Assembly (NCBI GenBank): GCA_020536535.1
Contig: JAHLWZ010000177.1
Span: forward strand, 1-54,700
Direction: 5' to 3'
From: Pelomyxa schiedti
Taxonomy: Eukaryota > Protista > Evosea
DNA: 54,700 nucleotides
The position numbers and the translations under genes are program-made. Shown here piece after piece: positions 13,336-30,526 of this stretch. Positions within the stretch are counted from its first letter, which is position 1; every line of letters begins with the position of its first letter. The notes beneath the pieces were generated by a model. That model searched no databases. It saw only the letters and a program-made list of their open reading frames with translations, and was not told where the DNA came from.

Positions 13336-14586
13336 CTAACACAGGCCCAAGTCATCAGAGTGTGAGAGAACAGCAATGGGGGTACCAGTCATCACGTCAG
13401 TGATGGCTACGCGGGCCACACGCTTGCCTGTGCCACTGGGTTCTGGAACCCCCTGGAATCCTGCCAGAATGTACCCACAGTCAGCGGCCGTGGGCACAAC
13501 AGTGCCGTAGTACCCGTATGTCAGAGCCGGCCGGGTCACATCCGCCGTGTGGTACATGTCATAGCTGTTACCGGGGTGTGTCACGCACCAGTGCTCAGGC
13601 CCTATCACCTCGATTTCGTATTCTCCCCGCGGTTGTATGACTTCTGATTGGAGCGTATCAGTGTCGAACAGGATTCCGCAAGGGAAACGGTGCAGAGTGC
13701 ACAGGGTTGTGCCCTTCCACACCACCCCGACTGGTGATGGTGGAATATCCACCTGCCTCGCAATCACAATGGACTCTGCCGCGTAGCTTGCAGGCAAGTC
13801 CACAAACAGAACACATCCCGATTCAGGGTCACCAACACCACCGCCGCGAACAGCACATGCCAGGACAAACTCATCATCCCGTAGCCTAGAGAAGCACCCC
13901 CACTCAGAAGAATACTTTGGACCCAGCTCCACACAGACACACTTTTCCACAGCACAATCATCACCATCACCACCACAAGAATAATCACCATTCCCATTGT
14001 TCCCAGGAATTCTTCCCAGCCTGCACACCAACAGCTTGAAGCACAGTCCCATAACCAGCCACTTCGAATTGCACTTGAGCAGAGCGTTGCGCGTGATTCT
14101 GCCGTCGTCTCGCCTGGCCACCGTGCCAACAACAGCCCCAGTGCGGCCGTCCACGTGGTTCAGCGTGACCCATGAGTCCTCGCAGCAGTAGCTCGCCGTG
14201 AACACCGTCCTCGCGCGGCCGCGGCCGGGGCACCACGCCCCAAACGTCGCGAGGGTCGCGCGCCCGCGGTCGGGGTCCGAGCGCACGCACGAGTGGACGA
14301 CGCCGAGGGTGCACGAGACCCCCAGGAAGACGTGGAAGTGCGCCGCGTCGTCGGTGGTGCAGCCGCCCCTGCTCAGCGTGGTGGCCACGGTGAACGCCGA
14401 GACGGCCGCCGGGCGGACCACCCAGGGGCGCCCCAGGGTCTCCCCCAGGAGCGAGGGGGAGCACGGCAGAACCCCCGCCCCCCTTGCTGGACCGCGGGCC
14501 CCGCATATTGGCAGGCACCCGCAGCACAGGGCCACGAACTGTGCCCGTGCGTCAAGAACCGGGGCGAGGGACGCCGTGAGGTCCAT
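13336..14586 (-). CDS. Intronless hypothetical protein (~416 aa), probably a lineage-specific family
   Basis: Uninterrupted ORF with GC-rich 5' half; likely start MDLTASLAPVLDARAQFVAL; the ORF-track extension to 14781 overlaps the upstream gene and a T-rich spacer. Confidence 0.7.
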   Translation of the reverse strand: MDLTASLAPVLDARAQFVALCCGCLPICGARGPARGAGVLPCSPSLLGETLGRPWVVRPAAVSAFTVATTLSRGGCTTDDAAHFHVFLGVSCTLGVVHSCVRSDPDRGRATLATFGAWCPGRGRARTVFTASYCCEDSWVTLNHVDGRTGAVVGTVARRDDGRITRNALLKCNSKWLVMGLCFKLLVCRLGRIPGNNGNGDYSCGGDGDDCAVEKCVCVELGPKYSSEWGCFSRLRDDEFVLACAVRGGGVGDPESGCVLFVDLPASYAAESIVIARQVDIPPSPVGVVWKGTTLCTLHRFPCGILFDTDTLQSEVIQPRGEYEIEVIGPEHWCVTHPGNSYDMYHTADVTRPALTYGYYGTVVPTAADCGYILAGFQGVPEPSGTGKRVARVAITDVMTGTPIAVLSHSDDLGLC

Positions 14587-14689
14587 TCTGGATTCGAAAA
14601 TGGGTGTGTTTACAAGAATCATCAACGGCCAAAAACAAAAAAAAAAGCACAACAGATTTACACAACTAAAAAAAAGATTTTTGAGAGTT

Positions 14690-16145
14690 TCAAGTATGAG
14701 GTAAGAGAAATGCAAGGGGTACATGTAGCCTGGTTCTCCAGTATGCTTCGTTGTGTCCATGGTTTGTCCATACCATGACAAGTGCCATAGGTGGTTGTGA
14801 TTCCTGTGTGGTTGGTGGTGATGTGTACATGGTGTAGCCTATGTCAGGAAGCAGGTGTGATAGTTGGTCCAGGAGGGGTGGGTAGTCCTTGTCCAGTTCA
14901 ATGGTACCGGAATCGAGGTAAATCCTCTTGCCGGTGGGTATTTCTTCTGGGTGATGTGCGAGATATTGGACAAATTCGCCATGGGATAGGATGAGGTGAA
15001 TAGATAAGCATGCGGCACCACCAAAGAGTTGCGGGTATTTGCACAACATCCAAAGCGATATTATTCCACCCATACTGCTTGGTGTGAAAATTCGATGTGA
15101 AATACGGGTGAAAAAACCTCGATCCCATTAAAAAGGTCTGTGCTGGAGGAAGGTGCACATTGTAATCAGTTTCAATCATGGGTTTAACAGTAGTAACCAC
15201 AAAATTCATGTAGGCATCCCCAGCAGCGTTGATGAAGCCAGGACTATATTCCTTATTGCAATTAAATCGCGATGATTGTTGGATGATTCAGGAACCTGGT
15301 ATCTGCAGGCTGAACACCAGATTGCTACCACCAACACATTAGAGCCAAGGATCGCGAGTGCTTCGTCCAATCCCCAATCTATTCCAGTAGATGCACAAGT
15401 CGAGGGGTCAAACAGATTTTGCCCGTCGTGGCAGTACAGAACAGAATTTGGTGGGGATGTTGAGGCTGTACGGTACACATCGACATATCGAAACCCCGTG
15501 AAATCAACGACAACGTGGCGCCGGAGTTGCACTACCCTGTTATTCTTTATTACTGTTACAGGGAAGCTCCAACCGGTTTGTTCCCCCTGCCGTGGTGTTC
15601 AGTTGAAAGAATAATAAGTAAGTAACTCACTCTAATGTCATTCCTCTCAGGATTGTCCCAAGTTGTGTCAATACATATAAGAGCGCCATTCTGAGCAGGT
15701 AACAACAGTCTCCGGTTTCCACAACTTTACAAACCACCAAAGGTGAGATAGATTCATTCAGAACGGATTTGGAAAAGACAAATACACACAAGTGCTCCCA
15801 CGCCAAACCCCGTGGCCCACCTCTGCTGTCAGTGTCACCCACAAGGAACTTGAATTCAACAGTCATACTAGTAGTATCAACGGAATCATCAGGAATAGGC
15901 ACAGCCACAGCGCCATTCCAAACGTGGCCATGTGACCAGAACATCCTTGTTGGTATTTCCCATCCCCCAGGCCAGCTACCACAACAATACACAGCTATCA
16001 ATATTTTCTCAGTTAGTTACATCTCATGGATAAATGTAAATAACCCTGCAGTGATGGAATGGCAACCCACAAGTGCGTGTGACTTACATTTTCCGAAATC
16101 TACTTGGTGCCCAACACAAAACACAACTACCACAACGCGTCCCAT
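14690..16145 (-). CDS. CBM20 starch-binding domain + alpha/beta hydrolase (putative esterase family)
   Basis: N-term VDFGK|SVYCCGSW..GW..RMFWSHGHVW..VEFKFLV..WE (CBM20); RYVDVY..VLYCHDGQNLFD, nucleophile LMGS|SMGG, IYLDSGTIELD, GHNEAYWRTRL. Confidence 0.85.
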
Positions 16146-16263
16146 TCGGTGGCTTGTTATTACACGAAATCACTGGTAATAATTTACGATTTTTTATTTC
16201 TGGATTATTTTTGCTGTGTGGGTATTGGTATTGTACACAAGGTGGAATGTGGATACATAGAGC

Positions 16264-17447
16264 TTAGAAGGAGCTTGTGTTGGGGTGCCTGGACATAAGA
16301 AGTGGTGAGGAGGAGGCTGTGGGTGTAGTGAGTGAAACTGACACATGAGAAGGTGTGCCTTGTAGGTTGTTTTGGTTGTTGGAGCTGCTGCTCAACACCG
16401 CTGTTGGTTGCTGTTGTGTTGGTGGGGCAGATGGTGATGCGGCTGCTGTTGATTGGGATAGGGTGGTCGAAGTTGTGGAGTTTTCTCGCCAGTTACGGAC
16501 CTGCTCAAAAAGATACACTCCGGCAGCGGCAGCAATAGTTTGATCGTTGTATCTCTGGGAGTGACATAGCACTGTTTTGTTGGTTAGTGGTGACAAGGAT
16601 GAGAGAGACGGTTTTACTTGGGCATGGCAAATCGGGGGATTTAATGTACCCTGGGAGTACATCCTCCCCAGTAAGAAGGCGCTTGATGAATGCCTGGAGA
16701 CAGTCCACACAAATGCAATGTGAACACGGGAACCATATCATGATTTGTCCCACCCGTCCTGTTTCAGACTGTAAACAGTATGTTAGACAACAAATGTTAG
16801 GTTTTATTTGCTTGTACACACAGATAGACGGTCGCAGTACTCACAGATGACCTGGGGAGATCCAACATCGCCGAAAAGCGGCGAGTTGAATACAGAATCC
16901 TCGCCAAACAGAGGAGTTTCGGAACTGCACTGAGGGCATTTCGAGAAGCATTCAGCGGCATGAGGTGGGCGACATTGTGGGTCTTGGCATATTACTTGCA
17001 GGTTTGCCAAATCTAAAAGCCCAAGAACAAAACAGGTTTTTTTTGTTTTAGTATGTAGATATGGCACAAAAAAAAAATAGCGGGCTTGCGCACCGTCTAA
17101 CGTCAAAGGATCATGGGAAACCATGACAGCTTCGCCCATGCACTTTTTGCATTTAATTCGTAGTTTCGGCTTTACAACCAACAGGCATTTTGTGCACAAC
17201 GTGTATCCCACTATTGTAAACACCAACATTAGAAATTGCATCACTCAAAGTAAGGGAAGACGGGTGAATAGACAGACACACGTTCGCGGTTGTGCCAATT
17301 AGCGGACTTTATGGGCCCCAGGCACAGGTTCCTTATACATTCTCTCCTATCAGACTCCCTCGCGGTCCTTTGGTATAAAACGAAATCCGAGTTTTCTCTC
17401 AAAACCCCGGATGGTGCCGCTACAAACGACGTGCCCCGGTACATCAC
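16264..17447 (-). CDS. Parkin-like Zn-finger protein (RING0-like + RING1-like only)
   Basis: YTLCTKC..KLRIKCKKC..DP..VICQDPQC..AECFSKC resembles Parkin RING0; FPCSHCICVDC...LPCP resembles RING1; then low-complexity tail and stop. Confidence 0.6.
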
Positions 17448-17706
17448 TCCCCTGCTCGTTCGTCGCTCGCTTTTTTTTAGGTTTTTAGGTGTTTAGGTTT
17501 TTTCGTTGAGCCACAGAACGAAACAAATCGCCAAGTTCCCAACTGAATCGGGGCTCCAACTTGTGTGATGAGGAGTGTCTCAACTTGTGTACTGAGGGGT
17601 TCTGCCATCTATTCAACGATCCCGAAGACTCAAGGGCCCATGAGTAGCAGACAGAGGTCACCATCCCAGATCTGTTAATTGGTGCGCTCGTCAGTTTTTG
17701 TGTAAA

Positions 17707-18818
17707 ATGTCGTCTGGTGCGGGGGGTGTAGCGGAAGATCCGAACGTGTCGTCGTACGACACAGCCATAGTTACGTCAGTTACGGTAGATCCGAACGCGC
17801 CCCCGCCCACGCAACTGTTGCCGTCTGCGTCCGCAAACTCCGCAAATGAAGTAATGCTCAAAGTGGCCATGGTACCCAATTTGTGTGGCTGCACATTGTC
17901 AACATTTTGCCCTCGCATCCTTTTGTTTTTTTTTTTTTTTTGATCAATATATTTTTATTATTCCAATGTTTTTTTCCCCATTTTAAATTCTATTATTTGG
18001 GTGCCCGAATGTCTTCGAAAATATGAAAGCACCTTTATTGACGCCTTCGACTTTTTTTTATTCTTGTAAAAGTATCTTGCACTCAATAAAGCACAAAAAG
18101 ATTGGCGACACAGAAATTGGAAAAACCTCACTAATGGTTAGATATGTCAACGGGCTTTACGACGATATGATACCCACCATGGGTATGCCTTCCTGATATT
18201 TAAACCGCATTACAATTACTTCAAACAGGAATCAACTTCATGGAGAAGAAGATTACGCTCAGAAATAACAGAATCATTTTCTCCATTTGGGATCTTGGTG
18301 GTTTGTGCGACGCTTTCCATGGAATTTTTGTTCAATGTTTTCTAGGTCAAAAAGATTTTGTAAGTATGTTACCAATAGTATGCCAGGAAGCCGTCGCAAT
18401 ATTATTCATGTTTGACCTCACCAGAAGAACCACACTCACCAACATAAGAGAGTGGTACCGACAAGCACGAGGTTTTAACAAAGTACACACATTACCCTAC
18501 AACATTACCCTTACCTGGCTGTAGACAGCAGTACCGATTCTTGTGGGTACCAAGTTTGATGCCTTCCTCAAAATCGATCCGGAGGAACAGCTTAATGTTA
18601 ACAAACAAGCTAAAATGTACGCCCACGCCATGAAGTGCCCGCTCATTTACTCCTCATCCCTCCAAGGTTTTTATTTCCCACACCTTTACTCAAGAATAAA
18701 CAACAAAATAGGTGTCAATGTGCAAAACCTCTTCAAAATTATCCTAAGCAAAGTCTTCGCACTGGGATGCACCATACCGCAAAGTGAAGAAAACGGGACA
18801 GCTATTCTCATCTACTGA
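17707..18818 (+). CDS. spg1: Spg1/Tem1 septation/mitotic-exit small GTPase
   Basis: LKVAM|IGDTEIGKTSLMVRYV, GINFMEKKI, SIWDLG|GQKDFVSMLPIVC..AVAILFMFDLTR, EWYRQARGFNK|TAVPILVGTKFD; no prenylation motif. Confidence 0.92.
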
Positions 18819-19109
18819 AATGGAACACACATTGAAACAGACACAGAACCCACATGCACAAAACAAGCCAAACGAAAGATCAACTCAACTGAGAGGAAAT
18901 TCTCAGTGTAAAGTTTTTGATGTCACGGTCTGCAATTGTAAGAGGACGAAATTGTTCGAGAATTTGATATTGTTGTTACTCATCAGTTCTATTTTTTTTT
19001 CGTCGGAGCTATTAATACCAACCGAAGATTCATTTAAGTTCATTTTTGTTTTTATCTCATTTTTTTTCAAAATAACCAACAACAAAGAACCAACACCGAG
19101 CACCGGTAA

Positions 19110-24412
<5,303 letters not shown>

Positions 24413-24609
24413 GCAAACCCCATGTTACTATGAGGGGAGTCTGTAGATCAGCTTTCCTGTGACTGGGAAAATAAAAAAAAAGAGAGTTATGTTTTTACTG
24501 GAAAGAATTGCCTATGAGCGAATTGAGTTGTTAATTTTTCGGTCAATTTGAGGCTTTTGGCCATAGGGAAATGGGCGTGGGTATAATTAACCTTCGGGGT
24601 TTGAAGCTT

Positions 24610-25144
24610 CTACATGCCGCAGATGTAGCCGGTATCAGCATTACCTTTGATGACAATATCTGCGCCACAGTACTCACTTACAGGGGTGCCTGTGTTGCAC
24701 AGTTCCTTGTTGGTATTGGCCTCAAGTGCTCTTATAGTGTACCATACTTCCTCTAATTGGAGAATCCGTGGGTATTATAGTATGGTGAATGTTGGATTAT
24801 TGTTTGTGGAATGGAAAGGGAACAAACCACAGCCCAGTTTTCCTTCCTGGAGAAAAAAGATAAGTACTAATAAATACACACAACGGCACTTACAACGGAT
24901 TTTTCCAGAGCCATGTCATTGTATATTACACCGTCGATTTCCATTCTAACCAAAATGGTCTTGTCACACATGTTGTAGACCTAAACCAAAAATTAGTCGT
25001 TATACATAGGGACGCAGGTTTCCGGTTTTAGAAAGAAACAAGTGCGTTTGTACGCACAAAAAAGTTGCCGTCCCAACCACAGGCCATCCCTATCATCATC
25101 ATGCAAATAACAGCCACAACACCACAAACTATGTTCCTCTTCAT
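24610..25144 (-). CDS. Small putative secreted Cys-containing protein, ~4 exons (not visible in ORF track)
   Basis: MKRNIVCGVVAVICMMMIGMACG signal-like start; exons VYNMCDKTILVRMEIDG.. and EVWYTIRALEANTNKELC..YCGADIVIKGNADTGYICGM*; one acceptor site uncertain. Confidence 0.5.
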
Positions 25145-25389
25145 TCTTTGTTGTTTTAACAACTTATTTGTCTCTTAGTCCGTTTGTTGTTTTGTTTTCG
25201 TTTTTGTGATCGTTTCGAGGAAGAAAAGTCAATCGCCAAGGCGGATCGAAGTGTGCGACGCGTTTTCGGTGGAAAAAGGACAACAACAAATCCTCGGAAA
25301 AAGTGGAGACTCGTTGTGGTTGTTTGTGATCTACAGAGATTGATGGGATTCCCTCTTTGACTGGTGTAATTTTTATTAGTACAGTTACT

Positions 25390-26328
25390 TTACAGACCAC
25401 AACAGTTTGATGCTGAGTGTGGAGGATGTTCTGGTGGTACAGGCAAAGGGTTCCCATAACTGCGATATTGTGAGACGAGCCGCTGTAGATAAGGAGAGGG
25501 AGAATACAAATCCGGAGGGTCCTGCACATCTTTCATAACTTCCTTCAATGACACCTTTGCAACTGCTTGAAATGCTTGATCGACATTGACACCTTCTTTT
25601 GCACTGACCTAATTTTTTTTGTGTTCGATTTGTTGGTTTTTGTTTTGTGTGAGAGGCTCCAATTTTACCTCAAAATAGGGGATGTCTCCTACAGAGTTGC
25701 ACCATGCAATTACTTTGTTGCGCGGTACCTATCTTGCTATTAGAAATTATGAATAGGCAGAAGAAGATATTTACAGCTCTGTTATCCCCAAGGTCAGACT
25801 TATTCCCCAGTATTACAAAGGGAAAGGTTTTCAGGTTTGCAGGGGAGGCGTAGGCCAAGAACTCTTCTTTCCACTTCTCAAGGTTTTGGAAGCTCTGTGC
25901 ATTGTTTACATCAAAGACCAGTACACAGGAATCCGCTCCTAGTTAGTCTTGAGAATGATAATTGGAGGAAATATTTTTTTTTGGGCTACCTCTGTAGAAT
26001 GCGGGACCAAGGCTTTGGAATCGTTCTTGACCGGCAGTGTCCCATATTTGCAGAGAGACAAGCTTGTCTTCCACCATCAACTCCTACGCAACAGTTTAGC
26101 CTGATAAAATCGAAGCGAAATGTGATTAAGCAGTTTACTTTTGTGAGGAAGTCAGCCCCAAGCGTCGGTTTATACGTGGATGTAAACCTCTGGTTTGCAT
26201 ACTTGTTTATAAGTGACGTTTTCCCAACACTAAAGAAGTTGAGTGCATTGGTTAATAGAAACGACATAGCATTACCCACTATCACCAAGTAGTAGCAGTT
26301 TAATTAAGAATTTGTTAGGGTGAGGCAT
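25390..26328 (-). CDS. RAB7: Rab7-like small GTPase
   Basis: LLGDS|[54 protein letters not shown]|VSAK, C-terminal CCGL prenylation motif. Confidence 0.92.
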
Positions 26329-26698
26329 TTATTCCACCGTCAGCTACTTTGTTTATTTAGATAGTATTCCACAAACGTATTATTTAAAATTTGTTTGAAA
26401 TTTGGTTGCAGACACTCAGTGAGACACACCATCAGGGCTTCTGCTTCTCCTTCAATTTTCGGTTGGAAGTTTGGGAAGTCAACTTCACCAAGAAACTTCG
26501 GAGGAACAAACCACGCTGAGTGAGGATCTTGAGGAAGGAGTGAACACCCCAAGGTTCCGAGTGATTCTTTCTCCCATCAGAATATCGGTTTGAAACTAAT
26601 GCCTTCGGTTGTGATGGTTTCGCGAAGAGGAAGCCAGTTAAAGATAATCCTACTTGTATCTGGTATCTGTTAGCGCAGGCGACGCACACAACGCAACG

Positions 26699-29600
26699 AT
26701 GTCTTTCCGAAAAAACCAACCGTACGCGCGTTGGTGTTATTAATTTAATGTTAATGAAATGTATTTGCAATTTACAAAAACAAACACTATTACAACAGGA
26801 AGAAGGCTCTGGGAACGTTTAGTGTGAGGCCACCAGTTGGGTGCCCTTTGGTTGAAACGGCAGCACAGGGTGTCCCTGTCCCATTGGAACCCCCTGCTCC
26901 CATGACTGCTGCTCAGGCCGACAGAATTGCAAGAGAGGATAAATACAGGTTAGAATAATGATTCTGGCAGTTATGGGGTGGGTGGGGCTATTTTANNNNN
27001 NNNNNNNNNNNNNNNNNNNNNNNNNNNNNNNNNNNNNNNNNNNNNNNNNNNNNNNNNNNNNNNNNNNNNNNNNNNNNNNNNNNNNNNNNNNNNNNCCTGT
27101 CCCATTGGAACCCCCTGCTCCCATGACTGCTGCTCAGGCCGACAGAATTGCAAGAGAGGATAAATACAGGTTAGAATAATGATTCTGGCAGTTATGGGGT
27201 GGGTGGGGCTATTTTACTCCAGTAAGAAAGTAAATTCTTAACTGTGTGTGGAATGGGCTGCTTGGTAACTTGTTGGGTTTTTTTTTTGCAGGAAACTGTT
27301 CGTAGCGGACCCTACAAATGCTGAGTTGAAGGACCCTTATTTGTTACTTACAAACATTTATGAGAACTCCCACAAATACGTTTACGAAGCAATGGTAGCT
27401 AGCTTTCTTGCCCTTGGGGATAGCACTAATCTCATAAAGGATCCTGATGAAGAAGCAGTGCCAAAACTCTTTAGTAAGTTAAAACAACCACGGCCAATTG
27501 GGGAACCTTCAATTGTTCCACAAAGCACATTTAAGAAGGTTATTTTCCCCCTTTCGTTTTTTAACTGAAAACTGTTTGAAGAACTGGGAAGACTTTACTT
27601 GTGGAATCCTCAATGGTATGAATTGGGAACACGTTTTCGTGGCTGGAGGTTCTGTTTTGGCTTGTCTGCAACCAAATGGAATGGAAACCGCCAAGGTTCC
27701 TTTTCTTTACTCAGCAAGTGATCCAATTCCCCGCAGGGTTCAGATATTGATCTCTTCTTATGGGGATTGGCATCTGACGAAGAAGCAAATGCGAAACTGA
27801 GAGAAATTTATCAAGTAGTGTCCCGGAACACTGAAAAAGCTGGCCCATGTGAGGTTCTCAGGACCCATAGGTATGCCAGTAGTGCTTAACCCAAGTTCAC
27901 AACACTAGGGCTATTACTATTCTGTGCAACTTTCCTTACCGTCATGTGCAAATCATCTTGAAGAGGTACATAAGCCCAGCGGAGGTTCTGTTCTTCATTT
28001 AAAGAGTTCTTCATTCCAACAGTATACTAAAGGTTTTGTTGAGTTTTGATGTGGATTCTTGTTGCGTTGGCTATGATGGCTCGGCTCTTTGGGGCTCTGA
28101 TGAGCGGCTCACGATTGCCCTAAATAAAGGTATGCATATCTATATCTTCGAGTATTCTATACTCACCTAAATTAGGCTACAACTTATTGAACAGGTATCT
28201 TTCAAGACTTCTAAATAGCTCTTAGTCTGTTACAGTTCTCGTCGTTCCCTTACCTATGAAATTCGTTTGTTCAAATATGCCAAGAGAGGGTTCACTGTAG
28301 CAGGTACTTTCTTTCTTTACATTTATTTTTTCCCCTGATTAGATTCCAGTGCCAACCCTTGAAAAGGCTCGTGTTGACCCCTCTATATGCCGTAAGAGCA
28401 GTCAGTTTGCCAATGGTCTCCAAAAGTTGCTTATTTTCGAGTTTCAGACGTTACATCCACAGTACCTTTACCTACTTTATCCAAATGTCTCAACACTGCC
28501 ATTACAGGGAACGTGAGCACATTTCATACACGGCTTCTTTGCGAAGAATGCTTTCCTGTGGAAGAAATCCTGGCAACAATACTTCTGAGGAGTTCCTCAG
28601 TGGTACCTATCAATGCCCTAATAATGCTTAATGCCCAGATGTTAACTGTCTTTTTTATCAAGATAAAATTGAAGAATATGTGTCTCGTGAGGCCAACAAC
28701 CCCTCTGACTACTCTGAAGTGTTTATCCCATGGGGCCCTGGGTGGAAGCCAGATGTAATTCTAAGAATTCTTAAAATGAGGTTCGTAATTTTCAAATTGT
28801 CCATACATTTATCTTCCACAGAGACCAAGCTGAAGTTTTCAGTGCAATCCACAAGATCAAAAAAGGAGCCAGCGGAACGGCGGTGCATAGGCATTGCTTT
28901 GTTGCTGGCATTGAGGTCTTTATTTAATCTTACTTATGAGTGAGTCATTTCTCCCTCAGGACGTTATTGCTGGCCGCTCTAATATGTATTGGTGCAACTT
29001 GTGCAAAGCAAAAGCCCCTCTAAGTGGTGAAGAGAATGGAAAATTTGTTTCTGGACCGTTAACTTGGGTGTAAGTATTTTGTATCCTGTTTCACTCCTTC
29101 CTTATTCGTCTTAAGAACGGGCTACTCTCAGGGAGGTGTACCAATTGCACTTCCAGGAAGCTTCCATCCCGTACTTAACACTCCCTATTTCGACAACATA
29201 TGTAAGTGTATCTCGCATTGGGCATAACCCTCTTAAAAGAAATATACAGATCTAAAAGAGGGTCAAAGGTGCACTGTAACTCCACATCCTCTGCAAGATC
29301 TTATGCTGCCGGGTGGCTCTGCCTCTTTCCCTGTTGTACAAACCAAATCCGCAGCCAACCCGAAATATATGTGTGTAATTTTTCGCTTCCTTGCTAAAAA
29401 TCACCCTCAATACAGATGTTCAACTTGCTCAAAAATGTTTTCCACACAAAGTGCTTTGAATGTACATGAACGCGAAGTGCATATTGAAAGAACTGACTTT
29501 AAACCGTTTACCGGAGCAACAACTAGTTTGTTCGCTACTGCAACGGGTAGGATACTTTTATTCCTTTTGCTGTGCACCCACCCTTTCTCATTTCCAGACA

Positions 29601-30339
29601 CGGCAAAGACAACCCCAGACCCAACAAAGCCAGGTTTTGACGCCACTGTGGAAGCACTTCTTCCAGGATCAAATGCAAACACATTAAACCTGCCCACTGG
29701 CCGTCTTCTTCCACTCCCAGATGCACTGAACGCCCAAGTTCCACTGCCATCACCGCTATCTTTCGGCACACAACCGGCACCTTCACCCGCACCGTTCTTT
29801 TTCGGCGCCCCAGGACATACCTTCCCCAAAGCCACAGTCCTGTCACCCCCACAACCCTTGTCATTACCCTCACAGTTATCTTTGATGGGAACAGCTTCTA
29901 GTCAGCCAAGCCAAGCCAATGCCCTCACACNNNNNNNNNNNNNNNNNNNNNNNNNNNNNNNNNNNNNNNNNNNNNNNNNNNNNNNNNNNNNNNNNNNNNN
30001 NNNNNNNNNNNNNNNNNNNNNNNNNNNNNNGATCAGCTTAGTAACAACCTTCCCAAGCTCACTGATAAAGTAAGCAAGCTGCTTCTGCTAATAGCAACCC
30101 TGGCCAGGATGAACCTCATTAAACCGGAAGTAAAAGCAATTCTCAAAGGTAGGGACCCTATTCCTATATATTTTTTTCAATTTTCAAACGGCACTCACAC
30201 AAATGAAAACATAGATATGATTGTAAACAGGAATGATGCATCAAACATGTTGAGTGCCCTTGAGGCTTTTGAGATTGACAATGACATTGGTGAGGTTGCA
30301 GACACCCTCACAATCATCTCTAAAAAATCATCACCTTGA
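26699..30339 (+). CDS. Nucleotidyltransferase-fold protein with C2H2 zinc finger, Q-rich region and helical C-terminus; spans two N gaps
   Basis: VFVAGGSVLACL..GSDIDLFLWG, RHVQIILK, SFDVDSCCVGYDG, YEIRLFKYAKRGF; CSTCSKMFSTQSALNVHEREVH. Confidence 0.7.
26875..27216. repeat. 121-bp duplication across a 100-N gap (assembly overlap)
   Basis: 26875-26995 = 27096-27216. Confidence 0.85.
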
Positions 30340-30526
30340 AATTGACAACCAAACAATCGTCAAGAGGAAGTATTCTGGCTCAGTATACAACCTCATTTGA
30401 GAAACAAATCTGTAGTGGCGTGATAAGCCCCAGAAAGAACCGAACAAAAGTAAAAAGAAAAAAGAAAAAAATACATGAAAAAGAACGAAATAAACGAAAT
30501 AAAAACAATCACACTTCAAGCGCACG

